A stretch of 64,000 nucleotides of DNA from Octopus bimaculoides (Eukaryota): NCBI RefSeq assembly GCF_001194135.2, contig NC_068982.1:51756964-51820963 (forward strand), read 5' to 3'. A program made the position numbers and the translations under genes. This document shows, in pieces, positions 1-13,418 of the stretch (the first letter of the stretch is position 1; each line of letters starts with the position of its first letter). The notes below the pieces were generated by a model. The model was not told where the DNA came from. It made no database searches and saw only the letters and a program-made list of their open reading frames with translations.

Positions 1-156
1 AAATCATAACCTGCAATACAGAAAATCAATTACTTTTAAGTTTATAAAATTTCACTTCTTTTGTTTAATGTCTTTCTTTTATATTTACTTGTCTAAGTGA
101 GATAAAACTATTGTATCCTAACAAAATTTACCAATATGTTATAAAAAAAGTAACTG

Positions 157-388
157 ACTCTTTAGCATTTAGATTTCTCTGACAAATGCAATGCTTATTT
201 ATTCACCATTGTTTTGAATTAATCATGCATTATCTCATAGCTGCAAGATTTCAATGATGTGAATTTTTATTTTTAGAATAATATTGTAGGGTGGATGTGA
301 GAGGCAGGATCTGACCTGTTTGAGTATAAAACAAGTAGAATATTTTGACTGGATATGATCACTTCAAGTGCTAAAGGTTTCAAAGCAA
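157..388. mobile_element. piggyBac-like (TTAA) MITE family, degenerate copy
   Basis: tttagcatt...atgctaaagg inverted ends; homologous to copies at 43253-43470, 38860-39030 and 41260-41332, which keep ttaaccctttagcatt / aatgctaaagggttaa. Confidence 0.7.
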
Positions 389-1057
389 GATTTTTTTTTT
401 TAATTGTTCATATAAATTGCAGTTTCTTGTAATATTATAAACCTCTAAATATCTGCTATGTTGCTTTTCCTTTACATTACATTTGTGAGCGGAACATTTT
501 GTAATTTTAGCCAATGATGGAACCTCTAGAAATAGCAGCTAAAGTCCCCTCAAGTCATACATTAACATCTTGAAGAAAAGGCATATTGAATGATGGTGTC
601 TTGAATATATTGTCTGAAAATATGTTGAGATGGTCATGGTTGGGCCACTTTGACTTTAGATATACTTGACTACTAAACAACAGCAAAAAATAGATTTTGT
701 TGTTTTGTGCTATAGTTTATTTTGTCATCATGCACACATATGAGAGAGTGATAGACAGAGAGCTGTGTTATAAAGTTGCCAACTTGGTAAGGCTTAAACT
801 CAGAATTTGGGAGAATTAATCAATATTTGATTTTGCCTTTCTACATTGTGAATTCAATCCACAGGTAATAAAATACATACCAGGAACATGCTGAAGTTGA
901 TTTCATTCAAAACTATCACTTACCTACAAAAATATTTCACTGGAGGTAGTAATTTTAGCATGATGATGATGCTTAGTTATCATGGAGTTTTTATCATGAT
1001 CATTATTAGTGGATATTTTCTGTTGAACAGAGGGTCTATTGTCTTGTTATATTTTTA

Positions 1058-1155
1058 AAATTATGTGTGTATGTGTGTGTGTCTGTGTATGTTTGTATGT
1101 ATGTATGCATGCATGTGTGTTTGTGTGTGTGTATATATATGTATATCTGTATGTG

Positions 1156-1194
<39 letters not shown>
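1058..1194. repeat. Compound (TG)/(TATG)/(TA) microsatellite; one of many (e.g. 2925-2997, 3880-4050, 4412-4620, 7717-7757, 13365-13420)
   Basis: Direct reading; these tracts explain most low-complexity ORFs in the track. Confidence 0.95.
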
Positions 1195-1198
<4 letters not shown>

Positions 1199-1607
1199 CT
1201 CATAAATTGAGGTATTTCAGTGTCTTGATAAGTAGTGGTGTTGCCTTATTTTTCATTAATACGCTACCAACATACACACATTAGCTCTACATTGGTTGTT
1301 ATAAACTGATATAAACTGATATATTCAGAGTTCTCATTTTTGTCTTAGTATTTTGGTTGTTGTACTCTCTAGCATACTTGTCATATTTGGTAATATCTCA
1401 GAATTTCCACTTGAACTCTTTATGAAATTTCACAGGAGTGGAGTGGATTGTTGTAATTTTGTTATCCATACCAAGAATATTCTCCTATTAGCTATCTACT
1501 TGCATCTTTTTACTTGAACCAGAAAATATATCACTTGATTGACCCAGAGATTGAACTCTCATCCACTAGTTGAACTACTACACTTAACACTTGATACTTA
1601 TTTGTTT

Positions 1608-2205
1608 CAGTCATATGACTGTGGCCATGCTGGGGCACCACCTTGAAGGGTTTTAGTAGAACAAATTGAGCCCAAGACATTTTTTTTTAAACCTAGTACT
1701 TACTCTATTGGTTTCTTTTGCCAAACTGCTAAGTTATGGGGATATAAACACACCAACACTGGTTGTCAAGCAATGGTTGGGGACAAACACAGACATAAAG
1801 ACACACAAACATATATATACAACAGGATTCTTTTAGTTTCCATCTACCAAATCCACTCACAAGGCTTTGGTCAGTCTGAAGCTATAGTAGAAGACACTTG
1901 TCATGCATTGGGACTGAACCCAGAACCATGTGGTTGGGAAGCAAGCTTCTTATTTCTTTATTGCCTACAAGGGGCTAAACACAGAGGGGACAAAGAAGGA
2001 CAGACAAAGGGATTAAGTTGTTTACATCGACTCCAGTGCGTAACTGGTACTTAATTTTTCGACCCCAAAAGGATGAAAGGCAAAGTCGACCTCGGCAGAA
2101 TTTGAACTCAGAACATAACGGCAGATGAAATACCGCTAAGCATTTCGCCCGGCATGCTAACGTTTCTGCCAGCTCACCGCCTTACCACACAGCCATGCCT
2201 GCACA
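1608..2205 (-). mobile_element. tRNA-derived SINE family A with a family-B SINE nested at about 1955-2183
   Basis: Family A body (ttgtttcagtc...aagcaagcttc) resumes as ttaccacacagccatgcc after an intervening family B copy (gtcgacctcggcagaatttgaactcag...gccagctcaccgcc). Confidence 0.8.
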
Positions 2206-2569
2206 TAGTAATGTTAATCTCCACTGTCCCACTCTTGATATAATCAAGGCTATGTTTGCAAAGTGGTTTATTTCTATAACATTCACCTCTTTCTCAGTAT
2301 TCTAGCACAACTCTTCAAATTGGACACAGTTGTATTTCAGACATAGGCAATATTTTTCTAGAAGTGAGCCACATGAGACATGGTTTATCATCAGGTGGGC
2401 CACACTACTAAAAAGATTCACCGCAATTTCTGGTTAGGCATGCTCATTAGGCATGCCATTCAGAAAGTCTTGCAGGCCACACATTGTTCACGACTGTTTA
2501 CATGACAAACTTCTTTAGTACCCTGCTAGGGGTTAACCCTTTTAATACTTACTGAACTGAAGCTACATG

Positions 2570-2925
2570 TATGTCTTTGTGTCTGTGTTTGTCCTCACTA
2601 TCACTATTTGACAACCGGTGTTGGTGTGTTTATGTCCCTGTAACTTAGCAGCTTGGTTAAAGAGACCAATAGAATAAGTACTGGGCTTAAAAAAAGTAAG
2701 TCCTGGGGTTGATTTGTTCGACTAAAACCCTTCAAGGCAGTGCTCCAGCATGGCCACAGTCAAATAACTGAAACAAGTAAAAGAATATATATATAATATA
2801 TGACAGGCTTCTTTCAGTTTTCATCTACCAAATCTACTCATAAGGCTTTGGTTATCCTGAAGCCATAGTAGAAGACACTTGGCCAAGGTGGCATGTGGTT
2901 GGGAAGCAAGCTTCTTACCATACAG

Positions 2926-2930
<5 letters not shown>
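2570..2930. mobile_element. SINE family A fragments in opposite orientations, followed by (CA)n
   Basis: ctccagcatggccacagtc...aaacaagtaaaaga tail on plus, then the ttctttcagttttcatctacc...ccatacagccac head portion on minus. Confidence 0.75.
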
Positions 2931-2974
<44 letters not shown>

Positions 2975-3952
2975 ATATAATATAATATAATATAATATGG
3001 TTAGATATTTTTATAAAACCCTTTCTAAACTTATGATCATAATGAAAATTAATTTCAATGCAGAAAGCTTTTGTAAATGATTGTCTAATGTGTAAATTGT
3101 CTAAGTCAAAGAAATGTTAAATGCATTTGCTGACTGATTTCAGTCTTAGGCTATGTTCCAAATGCCAAAAATATTGGCTTTATCTTGGTAACATACAGTG
3201 AAGATAAGTAAAATTTAAATACCCTGTTGTCTGAAGCTGATAGCATTTGTTTTTATAGACTGGGATTAATTTATTAGCTAATTAGAAATAATACAAAACA
3301 TTTTTCTTACATGGTATATTTCCAGAAGTATCCAGTAAGGCTTGTGCCACAACGCCATATATATACATATATATATAGCTGCCTGAACAGAATTTGAAGA
3401 ATTTTCCCTAGGAATAATTGTTTGACTATGTTAGTCAATGGCCCCAAGATGAGTTTCACAACATTAATGTTGACTTAAGTCACAGGACAACTCTGCTTGT
3501 TTTACATGCCTTAACATTTTCATCTTTCCTCTCTCCACTTCTCTCTCTCTTTCTCTCTATCTTTCTCTCTCTCTCTCTCTATCTTTCTCTCTCTCTCAGG
3601 TTAAAACTCATGCATGGTGTTAAAAAAACAAATTATTGTGGTAGTTAGTTGTGTAACCAAAGACCACTTCCATTAGACCACCATATTTCAGATGTACTCT
3701 ATTTTCTTTTTCCATACAAAGCCCTCCCAATATTTTTCTTCATACTTATATACATTAGGTGCTAGTAGCTTTCTAGTATGATGTTTTCACTAAATAATCC
3801 TTCCAAATTATTTCTGGTTATATTATAGGATAAGATCTTGATTCAGGAGAACAGCTGCTACTTCATTATATGTAATTAGGATATGAGTGTGTATGTGAAT
3901 ATGTGTGTATATGTATGTATGTATGCATGTATATATATACACATATATATAA

Positions 3953-4014
<62 letters not shown>

Positions 4015-4409
4015 ATATATATATTTACACACACACATAATGTGTGTGTGTAATCTGCAGAAAATCTACATATTCAACTGTCATTGGGTTGGAACTACAA
4101 GAGTTATTATCTTAAGCTATTCCTTCCCTTACCATTATTCTTTACCCCTTGTGTTTGGGTTGGTCACAGAAAATGATCAGATAATAAACCACTTCTCACT
4201 TCCATGTTAGAAATGCCCTTGGAACAAATCTAAAACCAAGAAAATACTTAACAGGTTTATTTTTTAAATACATTTTATTTGTATTAACACTTATTCTTCA
4301 GAGCGGCATAGCAACACCTTTTTTTGTTTGTCTTTTGTATTGGTATTTTGTCATTTCATTGTATCTTTTCCATAGAGGATTTTCTGCTGTGAGGTTATAC
4401 CTGCTCTCA

Positions 4410-4450
<41 letters not shown>

Positions 4451-4554
4451 CTACACACATTTGTACATACATATGTGTGTGTATGTGCATCAGTATGAAT
4501 AAATATATATATGTACATACACAAAAATGTGTGTGTGTTTGTGATATACACACA

Positions 4555-4600
<46 letters not shown>

Positions 4601-4726
4601 TACATGTGTGTGTGTGTGTAGGGTATAGCTTAAGTGTAAGACCACATATATATAGTTAAGATTTTGTTTAAAGATATGTCATTTTATAAGTATAGCCTAA
4701 GCTAGAATAGAGAACAACTTTCAACT

Positions 4727-4757
<31 letters not shown>

Positions 4758-4943
4758 GAAAGGTAGATGTAATGAAAAATTTTGTAGAACATATATACTA
4801 CTTTGAGTTCAGCTATGTAATGTAGCTGGAATGTTTAAAAAATTATTCTGAATCATTTGAAAGAAAAGTGTTCAACTTCTATTTAACTCCAAGATAATCT
4901 TATATTTCATTATGAATACTGACTATTTAGCCTGCATATAATA

Positions 4944-4983
<40 letters not shown>

Positions 4984-4987
4984 TATT

Positions 4988-5676
4988 CTTTTATTTTTTC
5001 TTTTACTTGTTTCAGTTATTTGACTGCGGCCATGCTGGAGCACTGCCTTTAGTCAAACAAATCAACCCCAGGACTTATTCTTTGTAAGCCTAGTATTTAT
5101 TTTATCGGTTTCTTTTGCTAAGTTACAGGAATATAAACACACCAACATTGGTGTCAAGCAGGGGGGGGGGACAAACACAGACACTCAAATATATATATAT
5201 ANNNNNNNNNNNNNNNNNNNNNNNNNNNNNNNNNNNNNNNNNNNNNNNNNNNNNNNNNNNNNNNNNNNNNNNNNNNNNNNNNNNNNNNNNNNNNNNNNNN
5301 NNNNNNNNNNNNNNNNNNNNNNNNNNNNNNNNNNNNNNNNNNNNNNNNNNNNNNNNNNNNNNNNNNNNNNNNNNNNNNNNNNNNNNNNNNNNNNNNNNNN
5401 NNNNNNNNNNNNNNNNNNNNNNNNNNNNNNNNNNNNNNNNNNNNNNNNNNNNNNNNNNNNNNNNNNNNNNNNNNNNNNNNNNNNNNNNNNNGAAGAAACT
5501 TGCCCAAGGTACCACTCCTGCATGGCTGTGTGGTAAGAAGCTTGCTTCCCAACCACATGGTTCCAGGTTCAGTCTTACTATGTGGCACCTTGGGCAAGTG
5601 CCTTCTACTATAGCCTCAAGCCAACCAAAGCCTTGTGAGTGGATTAGGTAGACAGAAACTGAAAGAAGCTCATCGG

Positions 5677-5707
<31 letters not shown>

Positions 5708-5925
5708 TATATATAATGTTTGTATGTCTGTTTTTATGCCCACCACCATGACTTGACAACCGATGTTGGTGTGTTTACATCCCTGTAACTTAGCAGTTCA
5801 GCAAAAGAATTGGATAGAATAATTACTAGGCTTACAAAGAATAAGTTCTGGGAGTTGATTCATTCAAGTGAAGGCGGTGCTCCAGCATGGTCACAGTCAA
5901 ATGACTGAAACATGTAAAAGAATAT
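4988..5925. mobile_element. Two SINE family A copies (minus 4988-5200, plus 5492-5925) flanking an assembly gap
   Basis: Diagnostic segments ttgactgcggccatgctggagcac and catggctgtgtggtaagaagcttgcttcccaaccacatggttccaggttcagtc. Confidence 0.8.
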
Positions 5926-7500
5926 ATAGTTATCATCATCATCATCATCATTTAACATATGATGATGATATCTAACTATATATGTATCATATATATATAT
6001 ATATAGTTAGATATATATATTTAGATATTTTTCTTGTGCCATTACTGGCCAACAGTGGGAAAACATTTTAGTAAATCCAATTTACAACGTATGCAAACCA
6101 ACACTGGAACTTCTGGTTGCTAAAGTGTCTAGAATTAGCAGCTAAATCTTCTGAAGATCCTTCCCTACCATCTTGGAGCAGGGAGAAGCACATTGGTTCA
6201 AACAGTATTTGAAAGAAAGTAAAACAAGATGGGATGGTCACACCTAAAATTCTTTTCGATCATATATCTACTGAAGAACCATATACTCCTCTATCATTCT
6301 AAGAACTATTTCTTCTGCTGTTTTCTATTGAGGATATCTATTAACATTTAAATTAACGAATCCTTCTCATTCATACAAAGTCATTCATTTTGTCTAAGTT
6401 TAAAATGACATTAAAGCAATGCATGCTAATGAAAGGTATATAAAAAGGAATATCAAGATTATTAGACTTTTAAGATATTTAATTATATTATATTTCATCT
6501 GTAATTGATGGTCTCACTAGAGTTGTATATTTCCTAATGACTATAGGATTATTGTTAGTTAAATGTTCGGGGGTTTTTTCCACTTGCTCTTTCATATGTT
6601 TCTGTTTATTTCTATCTCAATAACTTTTGTAAGTATTACTTGCAGAAGTACAGATTCAGAAATGTATTCTGCTTGCTATTCTCCTTTGTAGAGAAACCTG
6701 TGCTGGACTATCAAATATCACTTACTTCCTACCTAGATAGATTCAAGAATATCAAATGGTTGAAGTTAAAGGATTGTAAAGGTTATTCTGGCTTGCTTTA
6801 ATGTAAACCATATTTTTAGTTTGTTTTTTTTCTTTCCCCACTGGCTTTCCTCAATAATTCTTATTTCATTTTATTCTCTTGATATAAGCTTCAGTTTCCA
6901 TTTGTAGTTAAACATTAGACTTAGTAGTCAAAGATAAATTGTTAGTTTTGATCTTTTTTCAGAAAGCTGCTTTAGCTTAGTTCTCTTCAATTGATGTTTG
7001 TGTACATGTGTCTGTGTGTGTTATGCACAACAAAAAGCAGTATTAGATTAAAATAACCATCTGTATATCATACTTAAGGCAAATATATCACAAAAAGCCA
7101 AGATATATTTCTTCTGGATATACTGTGTTAAATAACACAAAAATATATCAGCAGCAGATGAAAATCATCCACCATCAGTGGTGAGTGTTCAATGCACATT
7201 TCTACCATCTGATGATACACAGATAACTATTTTAATCTAATACTGCTTCTGTTGCACATAAATTTATATTCAGATAGGCAACTAATTGCAACATCAGTGG
7301 GTTTCTTTTTTTTTTTTTTCCCAATCAGTTTTTTTTCTATCAGTGAATACAGATTTTATTTTAACATAGGGTTGCTAGTGAGTACATACTACTAACAAAC
7401 CCCCAAAGTAACATAAATAAGCATCTAACATTCTCCTCTCTGCTTCTGAACTATTTTCTTCTGGCATACAAGTTGATGCAAGCATGTAGTGAAAACATTC

Positions 7501-7636
7501 AAACATCTTCACTACCTTCCAAAATCTTGTTGCATTTCACATGGAATTCTTGGTCCTCCACAGTGGTCTGAAGGTATTATTCAACCTACCATTTTGGGGT
7601 TGTAAATTTTGGTCTGAAAAACTTGACTTGTATACT
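7501..7636. repeat. Old dispersed repeat, homologous to 12721-12840; possibly the subterminal region of a Tc1/pogo-type DNA transposon
   Basis: Shared aaacat..cac.a.c.ttccaaa.t.ttg.tgcatttcacat.gaat and tg.aaattttggtctg.aa.a.t..acttgtat.ct blocks; the family assignment is inference. Confidence 0.5.
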
Positions 7637-7716
7637 ATAAATATATATTTTTGTGTTATTTAATAACAGTATATCCATTAGATGTATTCCCCTGAATCTA
7701 TTTGCATACTATACAG

Positions 7717-7758
<42 letters not shown>

Positions 7759-8134
7759 ATGCATTTGAGTATATACACATATGCACCTGTACATAAATTT
7801 TTTTTTAAATACTGTATCTTAAAACTTACATTTTTGCAAGAAAAAATTCTACTAGATTTTTTTGAGTCATTACTGATTGACAGTCACCACACTGATAATA
7901 GCTTTCTGACATAAAGAAAAGGCCAGAAATTTGTGAGGTGAGAAGTTAGTTGATTATGTTGACCCTCAATGGTTGACTGCTATTTTATTCTATTCTCCCC
8001 AGAAGATTGAAATGTAAAGCTGAATTTTGCAGGATTTGAACCCAGAATGTTAAGAACTGGAATAAATGCCACAAGGCATTCTCTCCAGTACTACAGATTC
8101 TGCCAATACACCACCCTAATAATAAAAATAATAA

Positions 8135-8542
8135 TCCTTTCTACTATAGACACAAGGCATGAAATCTTGGGGGAGGGAGACTAATCAATTACATTAACCT
8201 CCAGTGTTCAACTGGTACTTATTTCTTGAACCCCAAAAGGATGAAAGGCAAAGTCAACCCCAGCAGCATTTGAACTTCAGAATGGAAAGATGCTAACAAT
8301 TTTGCTAGCTCACTGCCATAATAATTAGAATGGTTTCAAATTTTGGCACAAAGTCTGAAATTTGAAGGGAGGAATAAGTTGATTACATCGACACCAGTTC
8401 TCCACTGGTACTTATTTTATCAAACCTGAAAAGATGAAAAGCAAGGCCAACCTTGACGGAACTTGAATGCAGAACATAAAGACAGGCGAAATATTGCTAA
8501 GCATTTTGTCCAACATTCTAACAATTCTGCCACCTCACCACC

Positions 8543-8574
<32 letters not shown>

Positions 8575-8785
8575 CCTCTCTGCTACAGGCACCTGAAATT
8601 TGGTGCGAGGGGACTAGTCAATTTCATCGACCCCAGTGTTTCACTGGTACTTAATTTATTGACCCCAAAAGGATGATAGGCAAAGTCAACCTCAGCAGAA
8701 TTTGAACTCAGAATGTAGCAATGAGCGAAATGCCCCTAAGCATTTCGACTGGCATGCTTTCAATTCTGCCAGCTCACCACCTTAA
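8135..8785 (-). mobile_element. Three tandem SINE family B copies separated by (AAT)n
   Basis: Repeated cctttctactat..cacaagg...ccccagtgtt..actggtactt...ggatgaaaggcaaagtcaacc...gaatttgaactcagaa...gccagctcacc units. Confidence 0.85.
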
Positions 8786-9170
8786 TAATAGTAATAATGA
8801 TCAAGATTTGTTATTTTGATCAAGATTTGTTATTTTTCCAAAGCCAACTTATTGTTTCTTAAATTTGAAAAATATTATTCCTATAAAAATCATTGATCTT
8901 ACTTTTTTTTATACAACTGCAAACATTGTATTGTTCTCTAAAGGCTAAGAGCCATACTCTCCGTTTGCTTCCATTTACCTAACTGTGAAATAAGTTCTGC
9001 TCTTGTCTTATGGTTGAATAATTAGCATTAAGAAGGTATTCAGTTATCCTAATGATTTAAGCAACCATTTCAAAAAATTCTAGTGTTTTAAGAAGAATAA
9101 TAGTAATGTTAACAACTACTATATAAAAAAAAATAGTATAGTAATATTAACTCTCACCTTAGAACAAAGG

Positions 9171-9177
<7 letters not shown>

Positions 9178-9228
<51 letters not shown>

Positions 9229-9256
9229 GTTGTTGTTGTTGTTGTTGTTGTTGTTA
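9178..9256. repeat. Compound (ATT)n(GTT)n microsatellite
   Basis: Direct reading. Confidence 0.95.
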
Positions 9257-9834
9257 ACACGATATTATATTAATAATGTTTGTGGGGTTGGTGGAAATTA
9301 GAATATCAGTATACTTAAAATGGTTGTTGCTTGCTCTTAGGTCAGTCCTAATCATTCCTCAGATACTACCCAACCACCATGTCTTTTTTTCGAATCGTAT
9401 TCCAGAATATGATTTATAGAAGATTTGGCAGTCATTTCTAGCAGATCGAATGACCACATAGAGGTTCCCTCATTGATTCATGATATAGTTGCATATATTA
9501 TTATTAATGGGTTAAGCTTAAAGTTGGTTGAATTGATTTTGCAATATTTCCAGAATTTATTTTAATTTCTTAACCACCAGAGAAACCACTGATAAGACTT
9601 GAATTCAGGACATAAAAGAAACTAAATATTACAAAGCACTCTACCAGTTTTGTCATCTCCCACCAGCTGTAACTAGTCATCCATCTCCTCTGTGAATTAT
9701 TCCTGGAAAAAGTCATGGCACCTCCTCTGTAGGATCCTGTTTGAAGCCACTATCATTAGACTCTCTGGCTGGATTATCAAGCATGACCAACTGAGACTAT
9801 GGCTGTTATCCAATCATCTTGTTCTAGGTCTCCA

Positions 9835-10135
9835 TCAGTTATGACGATGAGGGTTCCAGTTAATCCGATCAATGGAACAGCCTGCTTGGGAAATTAATGT
9901 GCAAGTGGCTGAGCACTCCACAGACATGCATACCCTTAATGTAGTTCTGAGAGAGATTCAGCATGGCACAGAATGTGACAGGGCTGGCACTTTGAAATAC
10001 AGGTACTACTTATTTTTGCCAGGTGAGTGGACTGAAGCAACATGAAATAAAGCATCTTGCTCAAGGACATGTGTTGCCAGGAACTGAACCAAATTCATAA
10101 GCCAAGTACCCTAACCATTAAGTCACACACCTTCA
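9835..10135 (-). mobile_element. tRNA-derived SINE family D
   Basis: gggttccagtt.atccgatcaa.ggaacagcctgct...gtggctgagcactccacagac; homologous to 44610-44830, 45562-45865, 48245-48415 and 58110-58420. Confidence 0.8.
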
Positions 10136-10489
10136 CTGTTCTTGATCTGTTCTTAGGTAAAATCTGCTGGTTGGATCAGCTTGAAGAATCCTTCAATTCT
10201 TTCCTGTGATTTCTCAATGTAGAGAAATAGCAGCATGACCTGGAGAAACAGCCTAATCTCTGAACTACACACCCTGTTGAGTAATGTTTCTCCAGAGATC
10301 CTTCAGCACCAATTGAAATGATAAGGAAAGTTTATTTTTGGCATATGATCACAAAGGGTTAAAGTGAATTGTATGTATGTTACAACATCACTGCTGCTGT
10401 TTGATCAAACACTGTTGAATTTGAACTCGGGGTTAATTAAAATGCAAACACTGTACCATTTCTGTTACTCACTACCCTAATAACAATAA

Positions 10490-10810
10490 TTGTTTTATTC
10501 TTTTACTTGTTTCAGTAATTTGACTGCAGCCATGCTGGAGCACTGCCTTAAAGAGTTTTTAGTTGAAGAAATTGCCCCCCAGGACTTATTCATTGTAAGC
10601 CTAGTACTTATTCTATCAGTTGTCAAGCGATGTGGGGTGGGAGTGGGGCAAACACACACACACACACATACACAAACATATATATATATATAACGTGCTT
10701 CTTTCAGTTTCTATCTACAGAATTCCCTCACAAAGCATTAGTCGGCCCAAAGCTATAGTAAAAGACACTTGCCCAAAGTCTCATGCAGTGGAATTGAGCC
10801 TGGAACCATG
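10490..10810 (-). mobile_element. SINE family A
   Basis: ttacttgtttcagt...gacacttgcccaa diagnostic segments. Confidence 0.8.
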
Positions 10811-11169
10811 AGAGGGGGTTAATTATATCAACCTCAAAATAAGACTAGAACTGTATCTTATCAACCCCAGAGGAACAAAAAGGTTATGTTGACTGTGGCA
10901 AGATTCAAACTCAGACTATAAAGAGCTATGATCAATAACCACAAGATGTATTGGCTTATGCTCAAGTGATTCTGCTTATTCACTGCACTAATATATACTA
11001 ATAATAATTTCTAGCATAGGTGCAAGACTACGAATTTTACTGGTGCAAATTTCTTAGACTACACTAGGATTTGAAATCAGAATGCAAAGGGACATAACTA
11101 AATACTAGAAGAAATTTTTTTCAAACGTTCTACTGATTCTGCTAACAATAATAATATACATAAGAAATT

Positions 11170-11790
11170 TGGCATAAAGGCAAGTAATTTTAGTGGGAGG
11201 GGTGTTAGTTGATTACAGTGACTCCCAGTATTTAATTGTTTTTTTTTTTTATCGACCTCAAAAGGATGAAAGACAAAGTTGACCTTGATGGGATTTGAGC
11301 TCAAAATGTAAAGAGGCAGAACAAATATCACAAAGCATATTTTCTAATGCTCTAAGTTTACCAGCTAGCTGCCATAATAATAATAATGACCCTTTCTACT
11401 ATAGGCACAAGGCCAGCAATTTTGAGAGCAGGGAGTAAGTCAACACCATCATTCCCAGTTCTAGACTGAAACTAGTTTATTGAGCCTGAAAGGATGAAAG
11501 GCAAAGTTGACGTTAGTGGGATTTGAACTCAGTATGTAAAGATCCAAAATAAAAACTGTAAGGTATTTTTTTCAGTACTCTAATGGTTCTAACAATCTAC
11601 TGTCCAAATAATTATAATAATGGTTTCTAATTTAAGTAAATGGTCAGCCATTTTGAGGGGTTGGGGTGAATCATTTCCATCAAATCCAAAACTTGGCTGG
11701 TGGTATGTACTTTATTCACTCTGGAAAGACAAAAGGCAGAGTTGACCTCAGCTGGATTTGAACTCATAATGTAAAGAGTAGGAACAAGTA
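11170..11790 (-). mobile_element. Cluster of degenerate SINE family B copies
   Basis: Three ggatgaaag.caaagttgacc....ggatttgaactca units with (AAT)n spacers. Confidence 0.7.
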
Positions 11791-13386
11791 CCACACTACC
11801 TAATTATAATGATGATTTCTTAAACTGGGCACAAGTACGTAAATTAGTAATTTGATTGAATTGATCCCTTCCCTGGTATGATTTCAATCTGGAACATGAA
11901 AATGAAATACTACAAGGAATTTCCACTGCTCCAATACCTGTATAATTTCTATATATGCTTCAAAAATTAGCATGAGCCTGTGGAAAATGTGGAGTTTGTT
12001 GACAGCTGTTATTTTTTAACAAAGTCACATTTATTATTGCAAATTTTTCATGGATATTTTAAAAAACTAGACTACTCATTGAGTCACTGACAGTCCAGGT
12101 TATAAATCATTGAAGCTGATTTCAACATTGCATTGACAGGAAAGTTAATTTTATGATGATTCAGTTAAATATTCCCACTGATGTCACCATAGGTCTGATT
12201 TACAAGTTCATATTTAAGATTTTATTGATTATTTACAGCATCTAATAGAATTAGAACTTCCAAGATAAACTTGAACTCCAGTAATAGCATTTATTTATGG
12301 CATATGTGCATACTTCTACAAAAATGCAAAAGGAATTGTTATATAACGTAAGCATAAAATTAATGGAAACAATTTTCACAGTATCATATATTCCCATTTC
12401 AGGGTTATGTTACTTTCGGAGTATATTCCCATTATGTACCATTTTAGCTATTTATGAAGGTACCTCCAAAAACTGCGTAACTCTGGAATCCATGGTCTGA
12501 TTTACGTGAAACTTGTTTTATTCCATTTGTATTCACATTTCAGAGGTACCTTACTTTCAGAGAATTTTCCCCATTATGCAGTGGTTTCGCTGTATTAAAG
12601 TACAGACAAGCACTCAAACAAGAAAGCAATCACAAAGTTTTAGTAGTATACAGATTTGAAAATAAATACCATATTTTCCATCATACTAGTTAATGTAGTA
12701 TATATATAGTGTAAACATTTAAACATTATCACCATCATTCCAAATTTTGCTGCATTTCACATTGAATCTTTGCTTCTTCCACAGGGGATCTATCTTATTT
12801 TGGTTGCAAATTTTGGTCTGCAACATTCAACTTGTATGCTGGAAAACATGGGTTTTGTAATGTTTGTTACTTGAATCAGTTGTTACTCTACATTCTGTAG
12901 TTGTTTCAAGGGTTACAGATGGTTTGGGAAGAGCAGCAATAACTTCTATTGATTATTGTAACCTTCATTCCAGTAACATTAGACATACAACGGCCAATTT
13001 TAGAGATATAACAGAAAATTAATTCAGAGATATAAGAATTGTGAAGATGGGTCTGTGCATGATGACACAAACAAGATGAGAAAAATAAACAAATGAGATA
13101 TATATTGGTGTACTATAAATAGTAGTACCATAGGAAAGGAGTCACCTGATGAAAGAAATGAATCCAACTTTATTAATTTTGTAGATAGCTAAGTTACAAA
13201 AATATATACTTTATATATCAAAAATAAAAGCCTAAACAAGTTTACTGTGATATAAACTACACATGAGATTAGAAAATATTTTCAAATTTGTCTTGTTTTT
13301 TTATTTTCTACATCTGTTTTTAAGTCTCTCATTGTAGTTATCAATTAATCATATTTAGCTTAGCTGTGTATATATATATATATATT

Positions 13387-13418
<32 letters not shown>

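Noticed and set aside
1039-5749. Many ORFs rich in CV/YI/HT or X
   Set aside because: These are translations of (TG)n, (TA)n, (CA)n microsatellites, N gaps or SINE bodies; they have no coding signal.
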